From Chara braunii (lineage: Eukaryota > Plantae > Charophyceae), in NCBI GenBank assembly GCA_003427395.1, contig BFEA01000041.1:376143-440142 (forward strand): a DNA stretch of 64,000 nucleotides, written 5' to 3'. Positions 40,048 to 51,793 of the stretch are shown one piece after another. The notes beneath the pieces were generated by a model, which was not told the DNA's origin, did no database searches, and saw nothing but the letters and a program-made list of their open reading frames with translations. The position numbers and the translations under genes are program-made. Positions within the stretch are counted from its first letter, which is position 1. Every line of letters begins with the position of its first letter.

Positions 40048-43000
40048 AGGTCTGTCTCTCAACAGTTCGGCTAACTTGCTCGCAGGCACTCAGATCTGCC
40101 ACTAACGGGCCTACCCGTCTTCACCCGAATAAACGCCCGCTCATTATAACCGTATTTGGGGCCATTTTCTGTCCAGATGCAGCGATAATGAGTGAAGACA
40201 CTAGCTCGGTTCGTACATCCCTCAAACTGTTGAAATACTGACAAGTTAACGCATCCAGATACCCTCAGATGAAGAGAATAGGATCCTTCTGAATTGCATA
40301 TGGGGCCGGTCAGTTCAATGATGATATCTAAAGGCCGTCGCCTTTCCCGGAAAAAAAAAAAAAAAAAAAAAAGCAAAGTTAACACTGTCAATAAATTTGA
40401 CAACAGTCTTGCAGAGTTACTGTTCGAACGCGTTATAGACCGCTCAAATTCACGGCGCGGTAACTACCATTTAACCGAATAGAACGAAGGGTCTCTGTCG
40501 CTGTATTTGGAGCAGCTTTCAGCCTAGGTACAGCGACAACCAGCGGCAAACCGACTTACTGCCCGTACTCGTTATTCGCCCGCTTAAATTCAGCGGCAAA
40601 CCAACTGTCGTCTTCCCCCTTCCGCCCCCTGAATGGAACGCAGTGTCGTATAGTTGTTAGCTGTATTCGTCGCATCTTGAAGTCCAGATACATCGATTAA
40701 TTACTATGTGCGTTCAATCAAGTGAACCGACTCACTGCCGTTACTCGTTCGACCGGTCTAATACAGCAGGGGACGGTAACTACCGTCTGTCTACCCCCTC
40801 CGAATAGAACGCGAAGTCATTACAAATGTATTTGGCACGACTTCAAGTCGAGATACAGCGACAAGGACCTGCGTTCTGTTCGGGAAGAAGACGGTTAACG
40901 AAGTAAACCGGCCGACGGCACTTGCCCTTCACCAGTTTACACTCACTCCCGCTTCTTTCAAATAACAATTACGACCCGAGAAAAGTGGGGACCACATAGG
41001 CTCGGGCTTCCCCATTCTGGATTGGGAAAACTGATATGGTATCGGGACTCGCTAGCTCCACAGGTCGCGACCCCGACAGCAGACGCCATAGGTTCGGCCG
41101 TAGAAATGGTGGTTTGAAAGTCAAAACTGGTCAACTGATCACAGGTCCCGACCCCGACAGCAGACACCATAGATTCGGTTCGGAGGTAGCAGAGAGGGAT
41201 TGAAAGTGACGACTGGTTGATTGATAACAACCACGGCAGCCGATCGCGATCCCGACAGCAGAAAGGCGGTTATCTTAACACGAGATATCACTGAATGTCA
41301 TCTGAACATCCCTCTTACAGAAAATCAATTCAGAGACTGCAACAGAGAGAAGAATATTCGACGTTGAGGATGTGTCGAGTGTAGAGGTATTCTTTGAGCT
41401 GCGTTAAAAGGATATTTACAATATTCGAGAGAGCGATATTGAGTGTTACCGCGGAAATGAACCCACTCGTCGTCAAAAGCAAAGAATGAATGCATCTGAC
41501 CACCTTTCATGTGACGATGCACTCCGCGCCCACTTCACAGAGGATGGTATCCCGAGGTAGTCGTAAAGCTAGTAAACCACTGTATTGCACCTACCATCCT
41601 CTCCATAGCACAACAAACCGCTCTCATGCCTAAGTGTGTATGCAGACCATCTTTCCAGCCCGATACAGTCATGAACAGGGTGCGTTAGGTCCGGGTTGAA
41701 GGTTCGTGGCAAACAGGTTTAATGATTACTTCCCCATGTCACACAATAATTACTTCCCCATGTCACAGAATAATTACTTCCACATGTCACACGCTACTAC
41801 CTTTATAAGAATAAATATACGTAAGTGAGAAAATGAATGATGTCTTATTACTTGCGTTGTTAGTAATTACACCTAATTCACTTCACCTCAAAAAGCATTG
41901 GGGGGGGGGGGGGGGGGAAAAAAGCATTGAGAGGACACCAATCGCCGTACCTGCTGGTCGGGACAGAAGAGAGACGGAAGAGGCTTAGCGGCTTTCTCAT
42001 TGACTACCGTCTTCACCCGAATAGAACGTAGGGTCATTATGGCTGTATCTACACTAACAGTCGCGCCAAGAATACAGCTATCATGACCACTCGTTCGATC
42101 CGCCAGAGGAGGGGGGGAGGCGGGGGGGCGAGGCGGAAGACGGTAGTTGCTTTGCCCTCAATTTGCGCGGTTGAAAAAGTATGGGCAGTAAGTCGGTTTC
42201 ACATCGGCATTCACTCACTTGCCACCCATTCGCCACGCCATCTTGCCACGCGCCGCTCACGTGCGCCACTCAAACGTCATGTCGCCCACTCGCGCAACCC
42301 AGTCGCGACTCATGTAAGCCACACTCACTCCCGCCACTCGCCACCAGCGATTCGCGCCACTCACTCTCTGCGCTCCATCGCGCCCACTCATTCGCGCCGC
42401 TCGTGCGCGCCGCCTACCCGCACCACCCACTCGTGTTACCTACTCGCGACTTGCTCGCGACACTCACTCTCGCCACTCACTACGCATGCACCACCCACTC
42501 GTGCCGCCCACTCGACGGACTCGTTCGCGTCCCTCGCTCTCGCCCCTCGCTCTCGCCCCGCGCTCTCGCCCCGCGCGCGAAAGCCGCGCGAACCGCCCAA
42601 CCGACCCACCCACTCGCTACTCGCTCGCGCCAGGCACTCTTGCCACTCGCCACTCACTCCCTGCTCTCTCGACGTGCTCACCTGCGAAGCCCGGAGGCGC
42701 AGGACTCAAAAATTGACGTAGGGTGAAGTCGGCACGCCAATCAAGAAAACATCTACGAAGCGGGAAACAATGACGCTACCAGTATCGAAAAAACACAAAT
42801 TCACGGAAGCAGCGGATTAAGAAACGGTCACACGAGACACGGGGAACGAGAAATTGGCGCGCAAAAAAGGGTTGGAAAAGCAATAATATATAGAAACCCA
42901 AACGATCTGAACACAACGCACCCTCATCATGAATGTTTATACCGCTACCTTTTCACCCCGATACAGTCGTTTAAGGGTACGTGCTTTGGGGGAAAAGGAC

Positions 43001-45110
43001 GGCAGTTGATTTTTGTTGACGAATAGCACATGGCCTTCAGATACCCCAACGCAATGACCGGTCACAAAATTTTCCACGAATATATACCCCAACGCAAGGA
43101 CCGATCACAGAACTTTTCACTTTCCTGAGAAGCAAGAACGAGAAAAAATGCAAAAAAAAAAAGTGGAAAACAAAAGAAGAACGAGAGAAAATGTAGTAAA
43201 AAACATGAGACGCAGCGGAGTTCACAAAAACCTCAAAAACCGAAACGAAACCTCCAAAACAGAAAACACTCTCCTAAGACGAAAACTGCAAAGCTGCGAT
43301 TCTTACGCATACTACCACACAATTTTTTTTAACAGATTACTTCATTTTTTATTTTTATTTTTTAAGCTATGTTCTTCTCTCAATTCACCTCACACTACCT
43401 ACCTAGCACTTTTTGACCAAAAGCAGCTTTCAGCATTATGTGTAAGAAGACTCCCGTGTGCACCCCGAATAGAACGCACGGGTCACGATCGATACACCTA
43501 AGCTAAAAGTTGTGCCCCATATATATACACAAAGCTACGCTATATAGCGACCATGTGCTGTATTCGGGTCACAAGACGGTATTAGCAAATCTCAACCTCT
43601 TACGAAGAGTTACTTTCAGCACCAAGCGTTGAAGAAACCGAAACCGGAAATCTGACACAGGAATCAATTCCCTGCTTTCGTTGCCATTATAGCTGGCTGC
43701 GTATTTGCGGCAACTTTTAGTCTAGATACAGTTTGAAAATGAAACGACGCCCGGTCACTATAACAGTATTTGGGGCAACTTTCAGTCTAGATACGTCCGA
43801 TAATGACCCGGCGTTCTATTCGTGTCAACACGGTAGTTCATAATCCGGATTCCACAATCTTCGACCACGTACTAATTATCTCATTGCCCTCCAGAAATTT
43901 GGCACAACTAGCGCCATACACAACGACTTAGCGCCAACAATGAATCAGACCGCGACCTGCGACCACATTCCGCGCCAAATGTTTTGAGAAAAAGACTAAC
44001 GCGGTCAAAGTCAGAAGACGAAGGTCAACCCTCCACACCCCCACCAACTCCCCCTTGAAAAAAAAAAAAAAAAAAAAAATCGGTACAGCAACAAACGACT
44101 ACGAAATACATTATACTGCCAACCCAAATTTGCCACTACATGAAGCGCCCCCCAGTACCAGCATTATAATCCAAAAGGCACACAAAACCCATTACCAACC
44201 AGCATCATTATCACCCACGGGTACAAACCAGCATCAACTAACACCTTTTTCTTGTTTCCCCCCCTCTCTTTCTCTCCCCCCGCACCCCACACCTCTTCTC
44301 GGTCTCTCTCTTTCCCTCACACTCTCCTCTTGTCCGGCCGTCTTCTCCAGGATAAAACAGTACGGTGCCTATCACTGTACGTAGACAAAACTTCCCCAAA
44401 CATAGGCGTACGGTCACTATCACTGTATAGTGTACGGTCACTACAATGACCGTACACTCCCAACCGCGCCTTCCTGGTCCCCTTTCCTTCCCTCTCAGTC
44501 TCTCTCTTGCCGATCATAACCCCCATCTGTCATTTGCACCCCCCTCCACCCCCAACATCCCATTCAAGGTAGCTTCCTTCGGCTCTCCCCTCGCCACGCT
44601 CCATACCCTTTTACCCCTCATCCCCCCCGACTTGGGGCCCTTCGACCATTTTTTCTAATTCAGGGAATTTACATCCCATCTTTCTTTCCCCATATGAACT
44701 CAACATAACATACACGGACAGAAAAGAAGGCTATCGTCCCCCCTCGAATACAACGCACAGTTATATCCGCTGTATCTAGACTGAAAGTTGCCCCAAATTA
44801 ATGAGCCTAAGCTCTACTCGGGAGAAGATGCTACAAATGCAACGATGACTGCGACAGACCGTTTCGTCCATCCCTTCGCCAACTACTGCCGTTCTCAATC
44901 AATTGAGCGTACGGTCACTGTAGCTGTACTTGGGCCACCTTTCAGTCTAGATACAGCGAAAATTACCGTACCGTCTGTTCCACCTGCCCTCTGTCCGTTA
45001 AGTCGGTCCCTCAGACTATGACAGACCGTTTAGTCTCCCCCTCCCTCCCTCCTGCACACTACCTGCCTTCGTTTCTGCCCCTCCATTCCGCCCCACTACA
45101 CTTTTATCGC

Positions 45111-45180
<70 letters not shown>

Positions 45181-45909
45181 ACCCTTCTTTCGCTGCATCC
45201 ATGTCACATACAACTCCCTTTTCCGTCCACCACCTCTAGCCCGCTCTCCCCTCGTCTCCTTCCCCTCTCGTCCTATCTCGTTCCCACTGTTGGCGCGCCT
45301 ATGTCGCCAACAGCTCATCCTCCCTCTCTCCTCCTTCCCTCCTAGTCTCCCTCATTACCCGCACCGCTTCTCCACTCCCTTTCCCCCTGCTTACCTTCCG
45401 CTCGATAAATTACCATCTTCACCAGCAAGCGCGCCTCTACTACTTTTGCCATTCCACCCCCTTCCACGTCCCTCTTGCCCTCTTCCCAACTCTCCTCTTC
45501 GCCTTCCCCCATCTCTCCTTCTCCCCATCCCCTCCACCCTCTCACTAACAAACCCTTCCCCGGTTAAAGGCTGCCTGCCTGATGACTCTCCATCGGCTTT
45601 CCCTCTTTCCCTCTCCTCTTCCCAGTTAAAGGCTGACACCTTTTTACCAGTGAGGCAAGCGAAGAGATTGACGACAACATGTCTGACCGACTGGCGACTG
45701 TTTACTCGCACGTACCTGCAAAGGTCTTCAAGAAGATCTCTCGAAGGCGTGACCGACGGCTTCATACCGCTTCCTCCTCCCCCTCCCCCTCCTCCATGAC
45801 TGCCCGCTACAGCTGCTTCGCGATGTGCGACACCTCCTCCTCCTCCCCCTCCTCGGGGGAGTCTTGACGCCGCATAGCCAGCCTGTACTGCTTGTTGCTG
45901 TGACACCAT
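22532..45909 (-). CDS. DCP2: mRNA-decapping enzyme subunit 2 (Nudix hydrolase), 8 coding exons, ~512 aa
   Basis: Exons 45909-45716, 32478-32327, 29377-29250, 28898-28800, 26702-26550, 25608-25499, 23951-23869 and 23151-22532 join in phase with GT-AG boundaries (1539 nt). The protein has Box A ([37 protein letters not shown]), the Nudix box GKKSKDEEDDQCAIREVEEETGF, Box B (FAPQTKKEISEVSWH; YFMVWPFISKLRTWI) and the C-terminal PGLSFRNFHFNRDEILKGL motif. The start ATG at 45909 was chosen on context; an in-frame upstream ATG exists at 45954. Confidence 0.95.
23356..23499. mobile_element. TTAA-flanked MITE (144 bp) in DCP2 intron 7
   Basis: TTAA|ACCACCAGTAC ... GTACTGGTGGT|TTAA. Confidence 0.8.
23869..23951 (-). 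CDS. DCP2: DCP2 coding exon 7
   Basis: gtgcag|T-KLRTWIANYAKQRNGILKAKDTSQFYA-G|gtaata; SKLRTWI matches the conserved S.L..WI. Confidence 0.88.
25039..25232. repeat. ~98-bp diverged tandem duplication
   Basis: cccacggagg..gcccttacatga...ctaatcagccacaaccacc...gcaaaatgat twice. Confidence 0.8.
25499..25608 (-). CDS. DCP2: DCP2 coding exon 6
   Basis: gtgcag|EVSWHRIDELPVASNVAAPAARAMNGNKYFMVWPFI-AG|gtatgg. Confidence 0.93.
26550..26702 (-). CDS. DCP2: DCP2 coding exon 5
   Basis: ctcag|VEEETGFDISGLLKPEEYLEVSFGQQRTRLYIVPGVDEKTSFAPQTKKEIS|gtatgt. Confidence 0.96.
26791..26866. repeat. (CT)n/(GT)n microsatellite
   Basis: Direct read; further (CT)n tracts at 30195-30222, 45114-45176, 46779-46835 and 53835-53968, and (TTC)n at about 50030-50133. 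Confidence 0.95.
28800..28898 (-). CDS. DCP2: DCP2 coding exon 4 (Nudix box, first half)
   Basis: ggcag|CLLVKGYKPGASWGFPKGKKSKDEEDDQCAIRE|gtaact. Confidence 0.96.
29250..29377 (-). CDS. DCP2: DCP2 coding exon 3
   Basis: ttccttgaccatgaacag|TT-FQYCTSLRKYLSHIDDIYNDFTTYKIRVPVSGAIILNQALDK|gtgatt; translated manually, not shown in the ORF track in this frame. Confidence 0.95.
30546..30822. mobile_element. Short hAT-like MITE, same family as 6460-8283
   Basis: Termini ctagcctaccagagtgaccc...gtgacctggacagcccagctggtagcccag resemble both ends of the 6460-8283 element; flanks aaaataac/cacataac. Confidence 0.5.
31912..32089 (-). pseudogene. Decayed tandem duplicate of the 3' half of DCP2 exon 2 plus its U12 donor
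   Basis: gaaagatggcgcag.aaggtttct.ttct.gagtgaagt..tcata and gatgggttca.gattccttct match 32220-32405; the donor copy reads GTATTCCTTC at 32010-32001. Confidence 0.8.
32327..32478 (-). CDS. DCP2: DCP2 coding exon 2 (Box A)
   Basis: gcgcag|[52 protein letters not shown]|gtatcctttc. Confidence 0.96.
33102..33976. mobile_element. TTAA-flanked non-autonomous TIR element (875 bp)
   Basis: TTAA|ACCACCAGTACAC ... GTGTACTAGTGGT|TTAA. It interrupts one copy of a local duplication (about 32935-33097 plus 33981-34000); the other copy (about 34015-34195) lacks it. Confidence 0.85.
34325..35000. repeat. Degenerate minisatellite-like repeats
   Basis: Recurring tgttgggctttggcc.cagg.cggcatca, cagttcatcttgtgc and gaccggactgtttctgaa units. 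Confidence 0.7.
35572..36130. repeat. ~275-bp recent tandem duplication
   Basis: gcaaaa(A)n ggga..ccgc.gtcctgccgtgagatc(A)n...cacttgcactgtagcatcctct.ttggacc..gatagccggcagc twice; preceded by a lone TTAA|ACCACCACTACC terminus at 35494-35510. Confidence 0.92.
38780..38915. repeat. 27-bp tandem repeat x5
   Basis: gcgcttctactgaccgtcaagctcggc repeated; followed by a ~55-bp duplication at 38941-39047. Confidence 0.95.
42200..42680. repeat. Low-complexity (CACTCGC/CCACTC)-rich tract
   Basis: Many short ccactcgc/cactcact motifs. Confidence 0.7.
45716..45909 (-). CDS. DCP2: DCP2 coding exon 1 (Gly-rich N-terminus to PSRDLLEDLCS)
   Basis: MVSQQQ...GGGG...MKPSVTPSRDLLEDLC-AG|gtacgt donor, phase 2. 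Confidence 0.88.
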
Positions 45910-46775
45910 CGCGCCCAGACGCACCGGAACGCTTCTGCAAGCTATACGTATCATACGCTACCGCCTTCTTCTCTCCTATCCTCTCCTCTCCCTCTCCCTC
46001 TCTGACACACGCATTCACTCCTCACAACTTCGCTTCCATTCCAATGAGACGCGTGAATGGCAAAAAAAAGGGGGAACAAAAAACACGGAAGATGTTGTTC
46101 TCGAATGAAATGAAGAGCAAAACTGCAAGAACATAGAAAGAGAAAATAAAAAGCGACGAAAAACGATGATAGTCTCCAATACGCTCCGTGCGGTTCTACA
46201 GCAGAGTAAGATACTGATGAAACATCGCGTCGAATACTTCGTGCGCTAAGTCCCATTAGCGGGTGGAGAAGAGGAAAGACGNNNNNNNNNNNNNNNNNNN
46301 NNNNNNNNNNNNNNNNNNNNNNNNNNNNNNNNNNNNNNNNNNNNNNNNNNNNNNNNGGGGGATGAGAGAGGAGAGAACGAGGAGGAGGAGGACGAGGAGG
46401 GAAGAGGGAAGAGGGAAGAGGAGAGGGGACACAAGAACCCACTGGAACTTCGCTCTGCGTCGAGCGAGGCGTTCCCCACAAAGTGGACTACTCGATAATT
46501 GCAAACGGCAGCAGCAATAAACAGTAAGAAAAATATGATTATGATTTGTTTCCGTGATAAGCCAATAGACAGCTAACGTCGAGTAACAGTTTGTTGAGCC
46601 CCTCTGTACGTGCAGAAGGGTTTCATGTCTCCATCACCGATGTTCCACGTGTCAGTGGAGGGAAGGAGAACGTATGTGCATTCCAAGATCTTCAACGAAA
46701 CACAGACTCTCACCCCGCGCTCTTCCGCGCGAATACCCACCCCACCTCACTAACCCACTCTCCACACTTTCCATG

Positions 46776-46839
<64 letters not shown>

Positions 46840-47618
46840 TGTGTGTGCGTGTGTGTGTGTCGCTTTGCGTGTCAAACCACACACCGCTCGCGTGTCGAAA
46901 TCTGGAACTAAGGCGTCAAGCCGACTACTCTCGGGCCACTGTCGGGCATGACATAACATAACTAAGGCGGCATGTTATGACTTTTCCCCTGTTGGCCCGG
47001 AAAACACAGACCGACACTCTTCTCCACCCTCCCTTTCCCTCTTCAGCGTCCGGCTGCGCCTGCCAACGGTTCGAGAACCACTCCAACATCTCGTTGGTAC
47101 TGTGCTTTGCTGCGCACACTTGAGCGCTCTCGCGCTTGTTGCGTTGGCGCCGGAACTAGTAGGTATGGTAGCCTTCGCGCACACTGAAGAAGAACAGAAC
47201 TGTTTCTGTGTGACTGATGCCTGTAAAAAAGGACCGCCGCCAAGTCGCACAGTACGGCCAAACCGACAGGCCAGCTCACCTAGGTCAAGAAAGCCACAGG
47301 CAACTAGGGGCACAGTGAGGTCGTGCATGCTCACACCTGGGACCATCTTGCATGCACATTTCTCCAGCGGACCCTGCGCTGTTCATTTTTCTTGTCTACT
47401 ACAAGTACCGGGCCTAAATTTGCAGTGCCCAGGCCGGTAGAGGTTCCGTGAGGGTAGCCCACAGTTACCCTCCCTCACGGGGTACTGTGGCTCGGGGCAC
47501 AGTGGATCTTAGGCTCGGGGAAAAGCGTCGTTTGGTTTGTCAAAATAGGTCCGGATGGTTTTCTACGATTTTGACAAACCGAAAGTGGCATTTTTCCCAA
47601 GGTCCTTCCATTGGGTAT

Positions 47619-48113
47619 GGGCCTCGTTCCACACCACTTCACTCCACTTCAATTTCAAGTGCGGCACTTGAGCCGCGTCACAGGGTAATCCCCATTTGGA
47701 TGGGGGTACCTGAAACCCCTTTCAGAAAAACACTTGAGCCTGGCACCGTTCGACGTTACACTCCGCTCCACACTCGAAACAGGAGCGGGAAAGTGGCAGA
47801 GGCGGTTGGCCCGAGGGAAGGGGGGATGTAAAACAAAAAACGAAAAAACGGGGGGAGCGTGCAGCGCCTACAACCGCCTCTTGACTCTCACTTGCGCCGT
47901 TTTGAAGTGCGGCTCAAGTGTGGCCGGAGAAGTGACTTGAAAAATTCACCAATTCGCTTGGCCACACTTGAGCTGCACTTGACTATTTTGGCGGGCGTCG
48001 GGAGAGGCGGGAANCCTAATCACGATTAGGGAAAGTGAAAGTCAAGTGCAGTGCAGTGTGGAACGAAGAATTTCTCAAGTATTTCTAAAGTGGAGTGGTG
48101 TGGAACGAGGCCC
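47619..48113. mobile_element. PIF/Harbinger-like MITE upstream of DCP2
   Basis: TIRs GGGCCTCGTTCCACACCACT ... AGTGGTGTGGAACGAGGCCC; the right flank is a gap, so the TSD cannot be checked. Confidence 0.7.
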
Positions 48114-49175
48114 NNNNNNNNNNNNNNNNNNNNNNNNNNNNNNNNNNNNNNNNNNNNNNNNNNNNNNNNNNNNNNNNNNNNNNNNNNNNNNNNNNNNNNN
48201 NNNNNNNNNNNNNNNNNNNNNNNNNNNNNNNNNNNNNNNNNNNNNNNNNNNNNNNNNNNNNNNNNNNNNNNNNNNNNNNNNNNNNNNNNNNNNNNNNNNN
48301 NNNNNNNNNNNNNNNNNNNNNNNNNNNNNNNNNNNNNNNNNNNNNNNNNNNNNNNNNNNNNNNNNNNNNNNNNNNNNNNNNNNNNNNNNNNNNNNNNNNN
48401 NNNNNNNNNNNNNNNNNNNNNNNNNNNNNNNNNNNNNNNNNNNNNNNNNNNNNNNNNNNNNNNNNNNNNNNNNNNNNNNNNNNNNNNNNNNNNNNNNNNN
48501 NNNNNNNNNNNNNNNNNNNNNNNNNNNNNNNNNNNNNNNNNNNNNNNNNNNNNNNNNNNNNNNNNNNNNNNNNNNNNNNNNNNNNNNNNNNNNNNNNNNN
48601 NNNNNNNNNNNNNNNNNNNNNNNNNNNNNNNNNNNNNNNNNNNNNNNNNNNNNNNNNNNNNNNNNNNNNNNNNNNNNNNNNNNNNNNNNNNNNNNNNNNN
48701 NNNNNNNNNNNNNNNNNNNNNNNNNNNNNNNNNNNNNNNNNNNNNNNNNNNNNNNNNNNNNNNNNNNNNNNNNNNNNNNNNNNNNNNNNNNNNNNNNNNN
48801 NNNNNNNNNNNNNNNNNNNNNNNNNNNNNNNNNNNNNNNNNNNNNNNNNNNNNNNNNNNNNNNNNNNNNNNNNNNNNNNNNNNNNNNNNNNNNNNNNNNN
48901 NNNNNNNNNNNNNNNNNNNNNNNNNNNNNNNNNNNNNNNNNNNNNNNNNNNNNNNNNNNNNNNNNNNNNNNNNNNNNNNNNNNNNNNNNCAAATTACCTA
49001 AATCCCACACATTCCAACACTAACAGATGTGATAAACACAAACACCCTAAGTATCACACAAACACACACACACAAAATCTGACACATACAAACAAATACT
49101 TTTTTTTTTTCATGCAACAATCACCCTTCTTCTAAATCTCACCAAATAGCGCCTTCTTTATCAACCAAGCATATA

Positions 49176-50790
49176 CAAACTACAGGTTGTGCACCCGTGC
49201 CCTCATGGTAAGTCAATCAATTTTTTGTCGTTTGGTCGTACTGGTCGCACAGGTCCATATGGTCGTTCGAAAGACCATCAATTTGCTTGGGGGCCAATTT
49301 TGAGGGGGTCGGACAATTATTGTTTGCTGTTATATGTTGCGCCTGCACACGGGCCTCATTTCAGGGCCCCGACAGTTGCTGAGGACCCCCAGGCCGCATG
49401 CGCATCAGACACACGCCCTGGAGGCCCAAGGCGGCCCTTAGGCCGCAGGCGCGATTTTGTGACAACATTTATTTATGTAGTTGTTGTCCTATTTTTGTCT
49501 GTTCAGATGTCGTTTCGGACTTGCAGTCCCCAAGGCGAGGCCTTAAACTGGGTACATTAGTAGGCAGGGCCAATAGAGGTCAGACGCGTTTTTGTGCCCT
49601 TCTGCATCAGCAGTATCGTCAGGACACCCGGTACGGGCCCCGACCACGTGGGTCGTTTTCAGGCCACGCTGCAACGCACGTAGCCGGGTCCAGCACTAGA
49701 TATAGCTGGGCCGCGGCTGAGCAGACAGAAAGTTCGAGTAACTCACTTCTTGGGCGACACGCTGCTAGAGCAGCGTTGGGACTACAGCGCTACGTGGAGG
49801 TTAGAGGTAGAGGCGTAGGTAGGCAGAAGGGCGGAAGTCATACCTGTCACGGTAGCAAAGAACTTACTTGGCGCCATAGCTGAGACTTCACGCACGACTT
49901 GAACCTGACGACGACGACGACGATAATCAGTGCATGGCAGCGGTTACCTACAGGTGAGACGGCGAGGAGGACGATATCTTTTTCTTCGTCGTCGTCTCGC
50001 CCTCTATCTCATTTCCCTCATTCCTCCTTCTTTCTTCTTCTTCTTCTTCTTCTTCTTCTTCTTCTTCTTCTTCTTCTTCTTCTTCTTCCTCTTTTTCTTC
50101 TTCTTCGTCGTCGTCGTCGTCTTCTTCTTCTTCAGAGCGAGAGAGGGAGAGAGAGATTACAGGCAGAGGTTACATCGGCCATATAACTCAGGATTTGATT
50201 CGACATTTTTTTGGCAGGCATTGATTGGACATTCGACAAGGGACTATTTTTTTACTTCGTTATCGTGATTTTGGTCTTCTCCCTCGTCTCCTTCTTCGTC
50301 TCGCCTCTCCCCCCATCTCTCATCCGTGGTATCTCCCCCATGTGCATGTACAAGGATGCACCTTTCTTCCATGTATGCGGTCCCTCCTCTCTCTCTCACA
50401 TGTTTGGTGTATGATGGGATGTCGCGTCAGTCTCAAACAGGTCGGGTCTTATCTTTGAGTTTTCTACTGCGCTACATTGTGTCATTCTGTATGTATCGGG
50501 ATATACATTGTTTGTTGATGCTTTGCTGACATTGCATTGTCCATTCCAATTTTTTTCATCACTTTGCAGATCCTTGGCTCCATACACATTGCCCAACTGG
50601 GTATGTGTCATTCCGGAGGACCGATAGTTGCCCATAGGAGGCCGCAGTCCTTGCTGCACATGTAAAACTAGCAGGTGCCTCTTTGGAGAAAATTTTGAAT
50701 TGAAAAGGCGTCGGAGCGAGGTTGAAACGACACGCGCGGTTCAGGCGTATTGACTTATCCTGAGGGCACGGGTGCACAACGCGTAGTTTG
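49176..50790. mobile_element. ~1.6-kb non-autonomous TIR element with ~43-bp TIRs
   Basis: caaactacaggttgtgcacccgtgccctcatggtaagtcaat versus the reverse complement of attgacttatcctgagggcacgggtgcacaacgcgtagtttg; no transposase ORF inside. Confidence 0.8.
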
Positions 50791-51397
50791 TTTTCGAAAC
50801 GGCACGCACAGTCCAGGGGTACAACCTATGCGAACACTACTTGCATGATCTTGGCCTGGAGGTGAAGTTGCCTAGATTTATGATAAGCCTCAGGTTTTTA
50901 TTTTCCCATTTTGTTTCCAGCCCTTGTGCATTCTCTATTTTTTTCTGCTCTTCCTCAATTTCTTTTTTTTTTTGTTCCCTTTTCTTTTTCTACCCCTCCT
51001 TCGGCCTCCTCTTGGATCCCTTAATTCCCCCCGTCCCACATAGGTCTCGAAAGTAAGATTTATATACTTTTGTTGGTCAAATTCGAGCCTCGAATAACGA
51101 TCCTCCAATAGTCCCCGGTTAAAACTAGTCCCACCAGGTTAGTAGAGTGGGACCACTCTGAACAGAGTCGGGGGCTGACGTAGAGCGTGATTACAAGGGT
51201 GTCCAGGTAAACGTCACTACATATACAATCATCATATCCTTAACATCCCTCTTCTCCTGAAGTCGCTCAGCCCCCACCCGCGACCAATGCTTTTGTACTA
51301 GATCATTACCCCCCTTCATCATCCTTTTTTTTCCCCCTCTCCCTACATGGTGTGAATCAGCGGTTATGCGTAGCCAATATGGATGCCTCTGATGACC

Positions 51398-51793
51398 TGT
51401 ACCAGTCCCTCTGCTGTCGAAAACCTCAGTCCTTGTGAATTAGGGCTAGGTTGTACGGAGGGCCGACGACCGTTCGTCACCAGCGGATCCAATCCCGTCA
51501 TTTTCAAGTGGCAACTTTGCCGATTTGTTGTGCTCAGAATAATTCATCAAAATATCTCAAACTTTGAGGGTTCGTAAATTAGGTCGTGATTTTTCAAGAA
51601 AAAATATCAAAAAAAAAGAATAAAATCATTTTGACTGTGAAATATTCGCCACGCCCATTCGATGCATTTTTTATTTTTGCCACAAATTCCATTTTTGAGG
51701 TCCGCCTGGTTTTTCACTTTGTACTACCGATACCCGTCGTGAAAAGGCGCTACCGGTACCCTCGAGGTTTCTGATGTAACGGAAACTGGTGGT
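51398..51793. mobile_element. TTAA-family MITE (left end degraded)
   Basis: Internal homology to 63063-63420 (gtcc.tgtga.ttaggg..ggttgtacggaggg..; tttgagggt..; taccggtaccc.cgaggtttct); right end ctggtggt|TTAA. Confidence 0.7.

Larger units (their letters stand above)
37404..44985. mobile_element. Cluster of >=13 copies of a ~105-bp TA-flanked pogo/Tc2-like MITE in DCP2 intron 1
   Basis: Consensus TA|CCGTCTTCACCCGAATAGAACGCA...GCTGTATTTGGGGCAACTTTCAGTCTAGATACAGC...TGCGTTCTATTCGGGTGAAGACGG|TA. Copies at about 37404-37508, 38012-38118, 38257-38360 (TA both sides), 39118-39228, 40114-40202, 40467-40540, 40606-40728, 40783-40894, 42007-42143, 43454-43579, 43745-43833, 44733-44831 and 44884-44985. 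Confidence 0.85.

Noticed and set aside
42083-42726. 212-aa and 181-aa ORFs
   Set aside because: Products of a low-complexity CACTCGC-rich tract lacking stops; no domain signal.
37404-44985. CRISPR-like array interpretation of the recurring palindromic unit, and of the 27-bp repeats at 38780
   Set aside because: Eukaryotic intron, irregular spacing, mixed orientation, TIR/TA structure and no cas genes; the 27-bp units have no spacers.
48046-49135. Long ORFs (311-346 aa) in the ORF track
   Set aside because: Artefacts of the N gap 48114-48989; the same applies to ORFs over gaps at 1908-2027, 46282-46356 and 55295-55400.
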